Origin: Felis catus
Taxonomy: Eukaryota
Direction of reading: 5' to 3'
DNA: 64,000 nucleotides
Assembly (NCBI RefSeq): GCF_018350175.1
Contig: NC_058368.1
Location: 232,502,001 to 232,566,000 of the forward strand
The notes under the pieces are model-generated. The model had not been told where the DNA came from. It saw only the letters and a program-made list of their open reading frames with translations, and did no database searches. Positions 1 to 12,670 of the stretch are shown here, in pieces; positions within the stretch are counted from its first letter, which is position 1, and the number at the start of each line of letters is the position of its first letter. A program made the translations under genes and the position numbers.

Positions 1-99
1 AAATGCTCATGACTTGGTCCAGGCCAGCAGCCTGTGGGGCCTGGGTCTCTTCCAGCATCCTCAAGTCTCCGCGCAACTCCATTCTTGCCTCCCTGAGAC

Positions 100-520
100 C
101 CACTGTCAGTCCAGAAGGAAGCACTACCTCCCTAAACTGCAAATGGAAACGGAGGCACCGCGATGATCCCACCCTGCCAGTCGAATAGGAGGCAGACCTT
201 TTTGCACCGTCTAACAGGACTCACACGGGCTTGCCTCCGTCTCCCTTCCTGATGCTTTGGATGCCACCCTGCCTTCACCGGCCAGTGCTGCCGGCTTCCT
301 TTCTGCCTTACATCATGCCAAATTCCTTCCCATCTAAGGGCTTTTGCACTCGCCGTTCCTTGCAAACAAATGCTTTTCCTCCAAGTATGCCCCAAATATC
401 CACACTGGTGACTTCTCTCATGATTCATGTCGCGGCTCAAGCGCCCCGCTTTCTCATGGGTTTGCCTGAATCACCCTGCGGAAACGTTTCCCTGTGCCAC
501 TACGTAATTTTGGTTGCTGA
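100..520 (+). mobile_element. Ancient LINE-2 (L2) 3' fragment, highly diverged
   Basis: Pyrimidine-rich tract with L2-like blocks (ctaagggcttttgcactcgccgttcc...tgcttttcctcc; gcctgaatcaccct). Recognised by eye; boundaries approximate. Confidence 0.5.
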
Positions 521-1319
521 AGTGAGTGCATCTTTGGGACTCCTATTCTTCGCTCGACCAGGGAGCTGCCTCTATTAACTTTCCCACGAGAACGTTGTAG
601 AATCGCAATACAGACAGTAGCTCTTGAATGATTATAAGGGATTTACTCAGAATCATCCTAGATGTCTCTAATGCGTAGCTTGTCTCTTCTTCTAGAGTAA
701 TAGTCCAAGGACAGATACTTGAGAAGACCAGGGGTTCAGAGCGGTCAAATTAAAGCCTGGTTAAAGCAGTCAAGTTAAAGTCTCGTGCTTAACTTGCAAA
801 ACATAGTTTTCTGATTTTCTTTAACCTTGGGTTGATGAACTGAGTATTTTAACGCAGGTTCTGTCCCTCACAGACAATGTCGTCACCCCCTCCCTGACGG
901 TGCTTTATTCTATTTTTTCTCGGTAACGTGGCTATCTGGTGCGCTGGACGGGAAGGATTGAGTGAGGTTGTCTACAGGTGGAGAGTGTCTGCTTCTAGAG
1001 AAATGGGGAAAAGTCCCGGTGGGGGATGGGGTGGGGACCAGACCTTCAGCAGGGTTTTCCAGACAGCGACACGAGGCAGTAAGAAGGGCCCCGACTTTGG
1101 GATCAGATGCATCTTGATGGGGGTCCCGCCGGCTGTGGGCTCTGAGCTGAATGACCTTGGACAAGCTGGTCCAAGAATCTCTTTTCCTTTATGGTCAGAG
1201 GCAGATAATAAAGTTCAGGTCTCAGGACGGCAGTGGGGGGTAGAGGCGCAATCATACCCAGTGTCTTTCACTTTCTGGAACCTGGTAGAACTAAGGTAAC
1301 GCTAACTCTCTTTTCTTTC

Positions 1320-1900
1320 CTGCGGGGCAGACCCGTCGCCTGGCTTGTGCGGAACAGGAACTGCGGGAGGCTGGCCGACGGGTCCGCAGTCAGGGTGCAG
1401 CTGTCACAACTGCGGTGCGAAAGCCAGGGTGGCTCCCTGGGGAAGGCAGGCCCCTGACACGGGGACCCCGGGGGCGGTGCGGAGACTGTGGCCCGGTCGG
1501 CTCCGACCCTGCACCGCCTCTTTCCACGATCCTCGATCCTCGGGTGGATCCCAGTGGTCGGGGCTGACCTTAGGTCACGGGAGGCAGGAGTCCAGGCCTG
1601 GTTGTCAGGCCCTCGCCGCTGGTCACTGCGCAGACCCAGCGCAAAGAGCGGCCCGAGGCCCGTGCTGGTGCGTGTGAGGGACGCTGCAGGTTGTCAGCGC
1701 CGCCGCGATCCTTGTGACTCTCTGCAGGTGGGAGACGCCAAGGCCTTGGCTCAGGGATCAGGCAGGTGCCTGGGGTGGGGGGAGGGTGTAGCTGCGCCCT
1801 GGGTCCCTGCGTGGGCGGGGCCGCCCGAGGACCCTCCTCCCGCCCCCGCCCCTCAGCCTGGGGACCCTGAGCCCCGCTTCCCCTTCGTGGCTGCACCTGC
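1320..1900. promoter_or_regulatory. CpG-island-like promoter region
   Basis: Local GC/CpG enrichment against an AT-rich background, free of recognisable repeats; GC boxes GGGCGGGG (~1813-1820) and CCGCCCCCGCCCC (~1840-1852). Confidence 0.7.
1569..1760 (-). other. Candidate non-coding first exon of a minus-strand gene continuing left out of the window
   Basis: Lies just downstream (minus strand) of the GC boxes, has no ATG, and ends in a plausible donor CCTAAG|GTCAGC (intron starts at 1568). TSS position is a guess; gene not identified. Confidence 0.35.
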
Positions 1901-4428
1901 CTTGTGTTTCTAAGATTCCTGATCCCAGTCGGAATGTGACAGTTGTCCCCTTTTTTAAAATACAGAACTTTAGCTGAAGCTCTCAAAGGATCCTTTTTTG
2001 GGGGGGCGGGGAGGGTTATTATCTGTTGATGGCTTCTAGTGGTTTGGGCTCTGGCAGTTTGCAGAATGATTACTGGGATGTTTGTAATAGGTTTTCATCA
2101 CATATGATTTATTTTTCACGCTGTCGTGAAACCTCTGCTCATTAAACTTCTGCAGATTAGCCCAGATAGCACATCAGTCCCATAGAGAGAAAAATCGTGA
2201 ACTTAACTATCAGTCACAACAATGGCTAATTAACTCCCTGTTAATGTTCTCCACCGAAGTTGTGAAACTGTGGGTCTTAGGAGACTCAGCTAACAGTTGT
2301 GTTTTGTGGCATTATCACTTTGTTACTTTTTCTATTTCTAAGTTGTTGGGCCAACGGTAGCTCAGGCAGCAGCTGCTAAAAGAAGGAAAACCCCCAGGAC
2401 TTCACTGAGGCCGCTCTCCATGCAGGCCTGTAGCTGTCCCTCCAGGAAAGCTCTGGGGGCCGCGCCTTGGGACCCACGGTCTCCTGAACAGATGCTCAAT
2501 GTCAGAGAACGATGGCGGCGAGAATCGGTGATAAATGAGGGAGAGGAGCTCACGCTTCACAGCCCTCGGGTTTTCATGTTCTGTTCGGAACCTCTGTAGC
2601 CTGCAGCATTTCCACATTAAACCCGGGGAAGTCTCCCCACCCCCAAAGTAAACGCAACGCATTTTCTGGAGTGGAGTCTGGTTTCTAGATAGCGTCTGAT
2701 CGAAGGGCCACAAGACACGCAGGCATAATTCTGTAGAAGGAAAATACTTTAAGCCATTTCTTTCCCTTGCACCGAAACCTTGATACTAACAAATTGAATC
2801 GATTGGGGTGACTTTATTCTTTTTCCTTAAGTGGGCGTATTTCCTTTCTATTGCTTCGCAAGCCAGATTGTTATAAAAGAAAACAAAATGATAATAAAGC
2901 TTTACCTGTATTTGATTACATTTCCTAAAGACTAGCAACATGGATACTGGTTTTATAGGGAAAATGGACTATGACGGTAGGAACAGAATCTATAGAAAAT
3001 GCACAAAGAAGACTTTTTGGAACCTTCCTAAAGCAATAGCGTGCAAGTGACTTAATAGCAACACAGATTCATTCCCAAGGTCAGTAATTTCATTTTCCAT
3101 CACTGCACAGCATCACCACCTGGAGGGCTCACAGTCAAAGTCAGAGCCCATCCCACTCGCACTGAATCATTAACAGAACTTCTTTGCCTATAGATCAGAA
3201 AAAAAAATATGATGTTCACAACCCACTCATAGCCAACTTTTCCAGGAATAAGTTATTCAAATCTAAGATAATTTAATATGATAGATACAGAAGGAGAGTG
3301 ACTTCTGATTAAATTTAATGTATAGGAGTAAAACTCTGGCTGAGCCTTGTGGCAGCCTAATGGGTCACCTCCTGCTGCTGTCAATCACCCTACCAGGAAA
3401 ATCGAGGGGCAGCCACTGTCTGGATGATTGGCATCAGAACATACGAACTTCAAAGTCACTGAGGATGAGAGCTGGAAATCTCCATGGCCTTTCACCTCTT
3501 CAGACTTCTCATCCCAGCCCTAGAACCTGTCAAAAGCCTCTCGGCACACCTGCCTTTAGGAGAATCACAGAGACACCAGACCTCACACAAAAGACACATT
3601 AGATGAGAATACTCATATTCCCAAATAGTGCTTTGTTTTCTTATTTCCAATGGGCAGCTACAATTGTGGAATTAAACACTGAGTTGAGTCACAGATAGTG
3701 GTATTTCCAGACCCCATTGGTAGAATACTATGCTTGACAGAGGAGTGGACTCTTGTTGGTTTCCACAAAGGTTGTGAAATTTATCCTGCATCTGAGTGAG
3801 TTTCAGAGTCAATTTAAATGGAGCTGAGGAAAGTGGAGACACGTGTGACAAACTGCATCTGGTTGAGAAGGTGAGCTTTTGAGATGCCCAGTGTTCAAAC
3901 CTCACTCCTGCCCATTGGTTGGTTAAATGCTCGTGCACATAACAAATTTATTGTATTCCTCTGTTTAAAAAAAAAAAAGATGAAAATAACATAGTATTCA
4001 GTATTAAGTTTCTTGTGAAGATTAAGAGTCACGATACACATGAGGCATTTTGCATGGTGCCTGGTAAATACCAAGACTTATTTAATGTCACATTTTCATA
4101 ATTTCTCTTTACAGTGATTCCTGGAAATAAAGGTGTTATTCTGGATCGAGTGAAGATGCCATAGTTCTACAAACTCCTAGGGAAGATGTTTCAACTCAAT
4201 AAGTGACATCATTCCTTTAAAAGCCAATTTCATAACTATTTGGGATTTGAAACCCTTAGCCCACGATAATATGGCACAGACTTCTCTCAATATTAATAAG
4301 ATCTCCTGTGTAGGTTGGGGTCATACCAAAGACAAACCCTTAAACGCATTTTCCATTAAAATGTTGGCATTTCTGGGAAGTGAAAACCCTTCCTTTAAAT
4401 AAAGATTATTAGAACTGGGAAAAATTTT

Positions 4429-4573
4429 GGGGGGTGACTGGGTGGCTCAGTTGGTTAAGTGCCAGACTTCAGCTCATGTCATGATCTCATGGTTTGTGAG
4501 TTCAGGCCTTGCATTGGGCTCTGTGCTGACAGCTTGGAGCCTGGAGCCTGCTTTGGATCCTGTGTCTCCCTTC

Positions 4574-4609
<36 letters not shown>

Positions 4610-4611
4610 AA
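4429..4611 (+). mobile_element. CAN-SINE (SINEC)
   Basis: gggtggctcagttggttaag head (tRNA-derived A box), (CT)n tract, A-rich tail. Confidence 0.93.
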
Positions 4612-4623
4612 TGAGCAAGTATT

Positions 4624-4849
4624 GGGGTGCCTGGGTGGCGCAGTCGGTTAAGCGTCCGACTTCAGCCAGGTCACGATCTCGCGGTCCGTGAGTTCGAGCC
4701 CCGCGTCAGGCTCTGGGCTGATGGCTCAGAGCCTGGAGCCTGTTTCCGATTCTGTGTCTCCCTCTCTCTCTGCCCCTCCCCCGTTCATGCTCTGTCTCTC
4801 TCTGTCCCAAAAATAAATAAAAACGTTGGGAAAAAAAATTAAAAAAAAA
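4624..4849 (+). mobile_element. Young felid-type SINEC inserted in the tail of the previous SINE
   Basis: Head gggtggcgcagtcggttaagcgtccgacttcagccaggtcacgatctcgcggtcc; TSD aaaaatgagcaagtatt at 4607-4623 and 4845-4861. Confidence 0.95.
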
Positions 4850-6605
4850 TGAGCAAGTATTAAAAGAAATAACTGGGAGAAATTTTAGAAGACAGCCTTT
4901 AAACATTTTATGTGTTAATTAACATATAGTAAAATTTACTTTTCTTATATATTTCTGACAAATGCATTGAGTTGTACAACCACAAGGACAATCCCCAATA
5001 GAGAATCACGGATCAATGGCATATGACACATTTCATTGAGTGACCTTCCTCTCAATACAAATATGTTTCCGATTATATATCTAGAAGAAAGGGAAAGAAA
5101 GATTATTAGTGATGATTTTGTGAAAGGTGACATGAAAGGAACACAGGCCCATTACTAGCCTCCTTAAAACGGCGAGTCCTTGTAGTGCTTTCAGTGGCTG
5201 AATGTGCTTTAATATGGGATATGCAGAGCAGATTGGTCTGAGCGCTGAGACTTTAGACTCCCAAATTCTTAATAGCCTGGTCGTCCAACCACAGAATAAA
5301 GGAGTATAAGGAGGCCTCTTGGGACTCGTTGACCTGATGCCACCAGAGGCAGAGATCCCATCCTTTCACATGGTCATGTAGCCTCTGCTTAAAGACCGGA
5401 AGGCATATCTCCTCAAGGAGTAGGAAATTCAATGCCAATCAACTCAAAATTTCTGAAAACCATGACCTTCCTGAAAGTCTCTTTAGTTGCTTATCTTTGG
5501 AATCACAGTATAATTGCATTAGCTGAATTCCTTAGCTATATACTCTTTTAAAATTTTTCCAGTTCCTTTTTTTTTAATATGAAATAACCTCAAGTGTGTA
5601 TTTTTCACTTGCAACGGGAAGATGTAAGGGGGGGTCAGATGGTGTCTTCACACTCATGGGTTGCATCAAAGGAGAGGAATCCCGGACTCAGGGAACCTGA
5701 GTCTTTTATAATAGGCAGTGAACATGCCTCTCCCTGTTTGTAGGAAGATGCTCGCTTCATTTTTGTAGTTGGTAGGTAACTTCCACTATCTTCCCAAGTT
5801 GTTTGCTACACAAACAGTCTTGGAAAGATAGTCCAGAATGAAGTAATTTATTGTTTCTGTTCACAGACTTGCAGAAACTTGAGAAACACGTGGAAAATAG
5901 TCTCCCAATGCTTCGGTTTAATTCTAACGCTGAAACGGATTTCCAACTAATCAACAGACATCTATTTATTCATTCACCTCCTAATGGCTTTGTTTTGCTT
6001 TAGTCGTATCCTTTTTTCTCTGTTCATACTGATGAACACTGAAAGTGAAAATCAGAAATACTGTTTCTCTTTGCATTTATACACATAAAGATTGAGACTT
6101 ACCCAACAGTAGTCAGATTTTACTGTTAGATTTTAGTTTTAGTCTTTTGTGACTAAATTTTAGCAACTGTTGATTTTAGTATTTAGGAGTATGGCCAAAT
6201 GAAAGCTTGTTATATTGAACTCCTAGAAATATACTGGCTAACATTACTAGGCAAGCTGCTTAGTATTACTGAGTTATATGCCAAAGTTCTGGGAACAAGG
6301 GGTGACATAGATGTGTACAGAATTCCCCAAACTTGAGGAATATTTCGTTTAAAGGTAAAATAAAATAGCAAGGCCATATAATCTCACTTTGCAAGAGACT
6401 AACCGAAGAATCTAAGGGCCTATTTTACGAAAAGATCTTTCAACACATATTATCAATTTAAAAAGAACAGTTTTTTTTTTCTTTATATACAGGGGTCGGG
6501 GGGAAGACTCTCAGTGAGCTAAAAACACAACCTGATAAAGAAGGATTTGATGGAATTCTGGTACCTGAGAATATGTGATGTACCAACAGAAACATATAAG
6601 CCATG

Positions 6606-7600
6606 GTGATGTTGTGATTTACAATAAAAAAAAAATATGCATTGGTCTTTGTCCCCATTCCAGGCACAAAACTCCTAAAACCCTTGGATTTTATACTCGT
6701 AATGAATGCCTTTCAACCACACCTGAATTTATGTTGATGAGGTGACTTTTGAAAGCACCTAGGGGTGGGGGTCTGGTGGCTAGGAGAATTAACCATGTGA
6801 CTGGAGGGGTAGGAGTGCTCGGTCTTACCCACTGATCTCTAGCAGGTGGGGAGGGGCTGGAGATTGAGCTCAACCACCAGGGGTCCATGATTTAATTAAT
6901 CGTGCTTAGGTAACAAAGTCTCCATAAACCCAAAAAGAACAGGGTTCAGAAAGCTTCTGGGTTGTCCAAGCTGTGATTTGGAGACAGTTGCATGTTCATG
7001 GCGCACGGAAGCTCCACGGCCTTTCACCATCCCCTGTTCTATGCCTCTCTTGCATGTGATTGTTCCTGAGTTCTTTCATAATAAGCCAATAATCTTGGAG
7101 GCGCCTGGGTGGCTCACGATCTCACTAATCATGATTTCGAGCCCCAAGCCAGGCTGTATGCTGACAGCTCAGAGCCTGGAGCCTGCTTTGGATTCTGAGC
7201 CCCCTCCCACTCCTCCCTGCTTGTGGTCTCTCTCTCTCAAAAATAAATAAACATTTGAAAAAAATAAGCCAGTAATCAAGTAAGTAAGGTGTTTCTCTGA
7301 GTTATGTGAGCCACTCTAGCAAATTAACGGAATCCATGGGGGGGGGCATTGGAACCTCCAATCTATAGTTAGTAGGTCAGAGCACAGGTGAAGACCTGGA
7401 TGAGGGATTGGCATCTGAAAAGGAGGGGGGAGGGGCATAAGACATGTAGAATCTGGTGCCAGCTACAGGCAGATAGTGTCAGAAGTGAGTTGAATTGCAG
7501 GACCCCCAGGTAGTCCAAGAATTTCTCAATGTGTGGGAAAACCCCACATTTCAGAATGTTGCGCAGAATCGTAGCCACAGTTTGAGAAGGTCTAGAAAAA
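6606..7600 (+). mobile_element. MER21-like ERV LTR, interrupted by a SINE
   Basis: tgtgatttacaataa...ggtctttgtccccattccaggcacaaaactcctaaaacccttgga and ...gtgtcagaagtgagttgaattgcaggacccccag resemble the remembered MER21 consensus. Confidence 0.7.
7097..7263 (+). mobile_element. CAN-SINE, internally deleted, inside the MER21-like LTR
   Basis: ggaggcgcctgggtggctca head, ctctctcaaaaataaataaa tail; TSD ataagcca(a/g)taatc. Confidence 0.9.
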
Positions 7601-7827
7601 AGAATTTCGAAAGCATTTTTTTAAGGGACTGTGAAATAATCCTGACCCCGCCTAAAACTGGTTCATGTAACCTTCAACAGGCAGATTGCCACTTTGGTGG
7701 CAATTGTAATAGAAAAGTAGAGAAATTGTAATAGAAGGAAGGTCGCAGAGCACAGTGGAGTTTCAATCCCCATGTGGTTTATTCTGATCATGGCCACTTG
7801 TATTTACACACGTCCAGATCTGAGGGG

Positions 7828-8026
7828 TTTTTTGTGTTTATTTATTTATTTTGAGAGAGAGTACAAGAGGGGGAGGGGCAGAGAGAGGCAGAGAGAGAGA
7901 GGGCCCCGAGTCGGCCTCTGTGCTGGCAGTGCAGAGCCTGCTTGGGACTCGATCTCACGAGCTGCGAGACCATGACTCGAGCCAAAGTCAAGTCAGACAC
8001 TTAACCGACTGAGCACCCAGGCGCCC
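7828..8026 (-). mobile_element. CAN-SINE
   Basis: T-rich tail, (GA)n, ends ttaaccgactgagcacccaggcgccc. Confidence 0.92.
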
Positions 8027-8321
8027 TGGAGTTTTTCTTTCTTTTTTTTTTTATTATGTGTTTATACCACTTGAAAATAAGAACCAAAGAACTGACAGAA
8101 GGGAAAAACCTTCTGTCACACACATCCTTTTGTTCCTAAGATCACATGATGGGTAAATCATGAAAGCTTTTAGAATTTCAAAAATATCTCTCCTATTATG
8201 ATAGTAAATAACGCACCTTCTATGTGAGAGTTATCCGAAGGTGTTTTATTTTCAAATATCTGGACTTCGGTTTCTTAATTTTTGCTTCCCGGCAGCATTT
8301 GGTAGAGCTTCTCATCGGTGC

Positions 8322-8555
8322 TTTTTTTTTTTTTTTTAATTTTTTTTTTCAACGTTTTTTATTTATTTTTGGGACAGAGAGAGACAGAGCGTGAACGGGG
8401 GAAGGGCAGAGAGAGAAGGAGACACAGAGTCGGAAACAGGCTCCAGGCTCTGAGCCATCAGCCCAGAGCCCGACGCGGGGCTCGAACTCCCGGACCGCGA
8501 GATCGTGACCTGGCTGAAGTCGGACGCTTAACCGACTGCGCCACCCAGGCGCCCC
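8322..8555 (-). mobile_element. Young felid-type SINEC
   Basis: Reverse complement of young head; TSD ctcatcggtgctttt on both sides. Confidence 0.95.
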
Positions 8556-10324
8556 TCATCGGTGCTTTTTATACAGCGTGTGATTTGCCAGGTTTCGCAC
8601 AGCGAGGGCAGGAAAAGACACTGCTTGAATTAGGGTCTCCCTCGGCGCCCCCCCTCCCCCTGGACCTGCTCAATAGCCTCCCTTCAATAGTGGTCACATT
8701 CTCCGGGGTGTCACGCATGGAGTTAGGGAAGCGGATGATCCATTTCTACCTCAGCCTCTGCATTCTGAGCTCAGGAGGAAAACCTGTTGTGATCCGTTTA
8801 CCCTCAGGGATGATTTTTCCTCCCACCCTGGCCCGGTTGTCATGGTTTGCGGCGCTCACAGAAGCATCCAGACCTGCAATATTCTGGTCTGTTGTCCCCA
8901 GCTGCTTCACTTTGGACGAAGTAATAGCTTATTTCCTGACTGACACCTGAAAACCTATTTATGATTTATTCTCCCACAACTCATCTTCTGAAAGAGCTCG
9001 GGCATTATTGACAGGGTGGTATTTGCCTTACATTCTTCAAATAACTAACTCTGGCAGGCATCCTCCCATGGGGCCCCCTGGGGCCCAGGTTATTACATGC
9101 TGTTTTTCTTTGAGGGCCTTTTAACCCCGACTATATTGGAAATGTAAATAATCCTCTCGAGGACACTGACATCTCCCTCTGAGAGCTTCCTCTCAATTCA
9201 GGACCTGGAGTGTGGAGGAATCTTCCGGCAAAAAGAAAAGATTACCTGTGGAACTGATTTTTAGTTCAAGGTCCCCGTCCACAGGTTCTGCCAATTATTC
9301 AGCATTTAGTGAGCTTTTACCGTGTGAATAAAACAAACAAGGAGACCTGTAATCACTCAGAATCTTTCATGAGTCATTGGCTGTATAGCCTATATTTATA
9401 TGAGGTCAGCTGGCATTTCACTCAAGATAAGTATATCAGTATACAGATATTTGGATCATTCTGGGAGAGAACATTACATTTTACCTATTTTAAATAAAAT
9501 ACGTTATTTTCCTTGATTTATTTTCATCACTGAGTCATATTTAAAAAGAAATGCAACTATTGAAGTAAAGATTTCTCCACTTTCCCCTAAATAACTAACT
9601 GGTAGAACAAATTACCGAATGAGTCCCAGGACCAATGAGTCCAACACCCTCCACTCCACAAGTGTCTTGACCCTCTTTTCTCCGACTCCCCTCTCTTATA
9701 CTTTGGACACTCTTTATTCCACAGTGACACTGTACATAATCCAACAAACACCCAAATACCAATTCAGAGGCAGCCTTTGTTGGGAGGGGTGTAGAAGTTC
9801 CATTTATTGCATAGATTGTGGCAACTCTTACCATCCTTCAGCACATTTTCAGAGGATTCCAACCCTGGCTCTTGTTTGGATAAAGAATCTCTGGCTAATG
9901 TGGTGAGCTTATGTCAATAACTGTGGCATTAAATCCGCTAGGTGAGGTTAGAGCCATCTTTCATTCTCTTCACCCAAGGCAGGTGATAATAACTATGAAG
10001 ATAATGCCCTGGTATTGTCAATGAAGAATGATCTGGGTTAAGTCACAATCACAAATGGACAGGGAGGTGATTCTCAGTGTATGTGAAACAGAGAGTTTCA
10101 TGATCACTGGTTTTATGAGAGTAAAATGTTACAGTTTTGAATTTGTAAAAATGATTTATGATGTCATTCCTGTTATGAAAAATTTTCTGAGAGATTTACT
10201 TTACAATAATGAGTTCCGCCGTGCGATATAGAACTTTATTCCTCGTGATTATAACCAGTTTCCTAGAGCCAGATTGGGTTTGTTTCTATTCCTTGTTCCT
10301 AAAAAGTCTGTGCTTTACAAACCC

Positions 10325-11668
10325 TGCTAAAATGTCTACACTACCCAAACAATCTACACATTGAATGCAATCCCTATCAGAATACCAACAGCATTTTTCA
10401 CAGAACTAGAAAAAGCAATGCTAAATTTGTATGTAATCACAAAAGGCCTGAAATAGCCAAAGTAATCTTGGGGAAAAAAAAAAAAAGCAAAGCTGGAGGC
10501 ATCACAATTCCAGACTTCAAGTCATATTACAAAGCTGTAGTATTCAAAACCGGCACAGAAATAGACACAAAGATCAATGGAACAGAATAGAAAATCCAGA
10601 AATAAACCCACAGCCATATGGTCAATCAATCTTCAACAAAACAAGAAAGATTATCCAACGGGAAAAGGACAGTCTCTTCAACAAATGGTGCTGGGAAAAC
10701 TGGGCAGCAACATGCAAAAGAAAGAATGGGGACCACGTTCTTACATTATACAGAAAAATACATTCAAAATGTATTAAATACCTAAGTGTAAGAGAAGAAC
10801 ACAGACAGTAACTTCTTTGACATCAGCCATAGCAACTTTCTTCTAGATATATCTAGATAGGTATAGAATAGGTTTCTAGATACGTAGATAAATTCAAGTT
10901 CAATTGAATTCAATAAGGGATTAGTATTCAAAATCTGTAAGGAGCTTATCAAGCTCAATACCCAAAAAGGAAATAATTCAATTAAAAATGGGAAGAAATC
11001 ATAAACAGACATTTCTCCAAAGGCATACAGTTGGCTAACAGACAAATGAAAAGGTGCTCATTATCACTTACTATCAGGAAAATACAAATCAAAACAACAA
11101 TGAGCTATTACCTCACACTTGCCCGAATGACTAAAACCAACAACACAAGAAACAACAGATGCTGGCAAGGATGTGGAGAAAGGGGAAACTTCTTGCCTTG
11201 TTGGTGGGAATGCAGACTGGTGCAGCCACTCTGGAAAACAGTATGGAGGTTTCTCAAAAAGTTGAAAATAGAAATACTCTATGATCCAACAATTGCACTA
11301 CTGGGTATTTACCCGAAGAATACAAGAACATGAATACAAAGAGATACACACACCTCGATGTTGATGGTAGCATTATTTACAATAGAAAAATATGGAAGCA
11401 TCTCAAGTGTCCATCAATTGATGGACATGAATGGATTAAGAAGGTGTTGTATATATACTATGGATCATTATTCATCCATAAAAAGAATGAAATCTTGCCA
11501 TTTACAATGACATGGATGGAGCTAGAGAGTATAACACTAAGCAAAATAAGTCAGACAGAGAAAGACAAATGCCATATGATTTCATTCATATGTGGAACTT
11601 AAGAAACAATTCAAATGAGCAAAGGGAAAGAGAGAGAGATCTAGAGACCAAGAAACAGACTCTGAAGT
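10325..11668 (+). mobile_element. LINE-1 fragment (degenerate ORF2 C-terminal region plus start of 3'UTR)
   Basis: Translations [28 protein letters not shown]...[25 protein letters not shown] and KKNEILPFTMTWMELESITLSKISQ match L1 ORF2; broken by stops, frameshifts and an internal deletion. Confidence 0.95.
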
Positions 11669-12029
11669 ATGGACTCCTAAGTATGCTTGCTCCAAGACTA
11701 TGAAAGATACGCCTGTAATATACACAATAGTGCTGACCTTCTAGCAAGTTTGTTACCACCCTAGGACTATAACCATCAGTCCCTCTCTGCCTGTCAACTA
11801 TGACCAGCTCTTACGGGTGCTGGCATCTGGGCTGAATCCTTACCTGCTCCAACAGGGTCCAAACGGGCAGTGGGGAGGGGACAGATGAGAGAGAAAGAGA
11901 GAACCTAAGAGGTATTCAGGCAGGAAATTTGTGGTCAATAGGAGGTTGGTCTAGGAGCTGGTTTGGTCATGAATTTGTGAGTTGGGATTTAAGTATGTTG
12001 AACTAACGTGATGGCAAGATCTTCTGGAG

Positions 12030-12670
12030 ACCAGACTGTTGTGAGTGATGCTGCAATGAACGTGAAAGTTCAGATGATCTCTTTGCAATCCTGATTTGAA
12101 TTATTTTAGGGATATCCCTGGAAGTGGGATTCTGGATCATGGTGGTAGTTCTAACTTTTTGAGGGACCTCCATACGATTTTCCATCCTGACTGCACCATT
12201 TTACATTCACACCAATAGCATACAAGGACTTTAATTTCTCTACATTTTTACCAACACTTAACTTTTTTTTTATTATAGCCATTCTAACAGGTGTGAAGCA
12301 ATATTACATTGTGGTTTTGATTTCCATCTCCTTGATAATTAGTGATGGTGAGAACCTTTTCCTCTACCTGTTGGCCAACTGTATGTCTTCTTTGGAGAAA
12401 TGTCTACTAAAGTCCTTTGCCCATTTTTTGATTGGGTTAATTGTTTTTGTTTTGTTTTGTTATTTTTTTTTCCCTTGAGTTGTAGTAGTTCCTTGTATAT
12501 TTTGGATATTACTCCCTTATCATATGGATGGTTTGCAAATATTTTCTCCCATTCCATAGGTGGCCTTTTCAATCCACTCATTGTTCCTTTTGCTGCATGG
12601 AATGTTTTTAGTTTGACACAGTCCCGTTTGTTTTGTTTTTGTCACCTGTGCCTTTGGTGTCATATTTAAG
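12030..12670 (-). mobile_element. LINE-1 ORF2 fragment, inverted 5' part of a twin-primed insertion
   Basis: Minus-strand translation KRPPMEWEKIFANHPYDKGVISKIYKELLQL is L1 ORF2. Confidence 0.9.

Noticed and set aside
1233..1986. Overlapping 74-141 aa ORFs in the CpG island
   Set aside because: Stop codons are rare in GC-rich DNA; non-ATG starts and no recognisable homology.
8318..8950. Longest ORF in the track (210 aa)
   Set aside because: Starts at a non-ATG codon; the first ~80 codons are antisense SINE; the rest resembles no protein I know and has no supporting splice structure.
10577..12669. ORFs similar to reverse-transcriptase-element proteins
   Set aside because: Short, frameshifted pieces of dead L1 ORF2; no intact ORF1 or ORF2.
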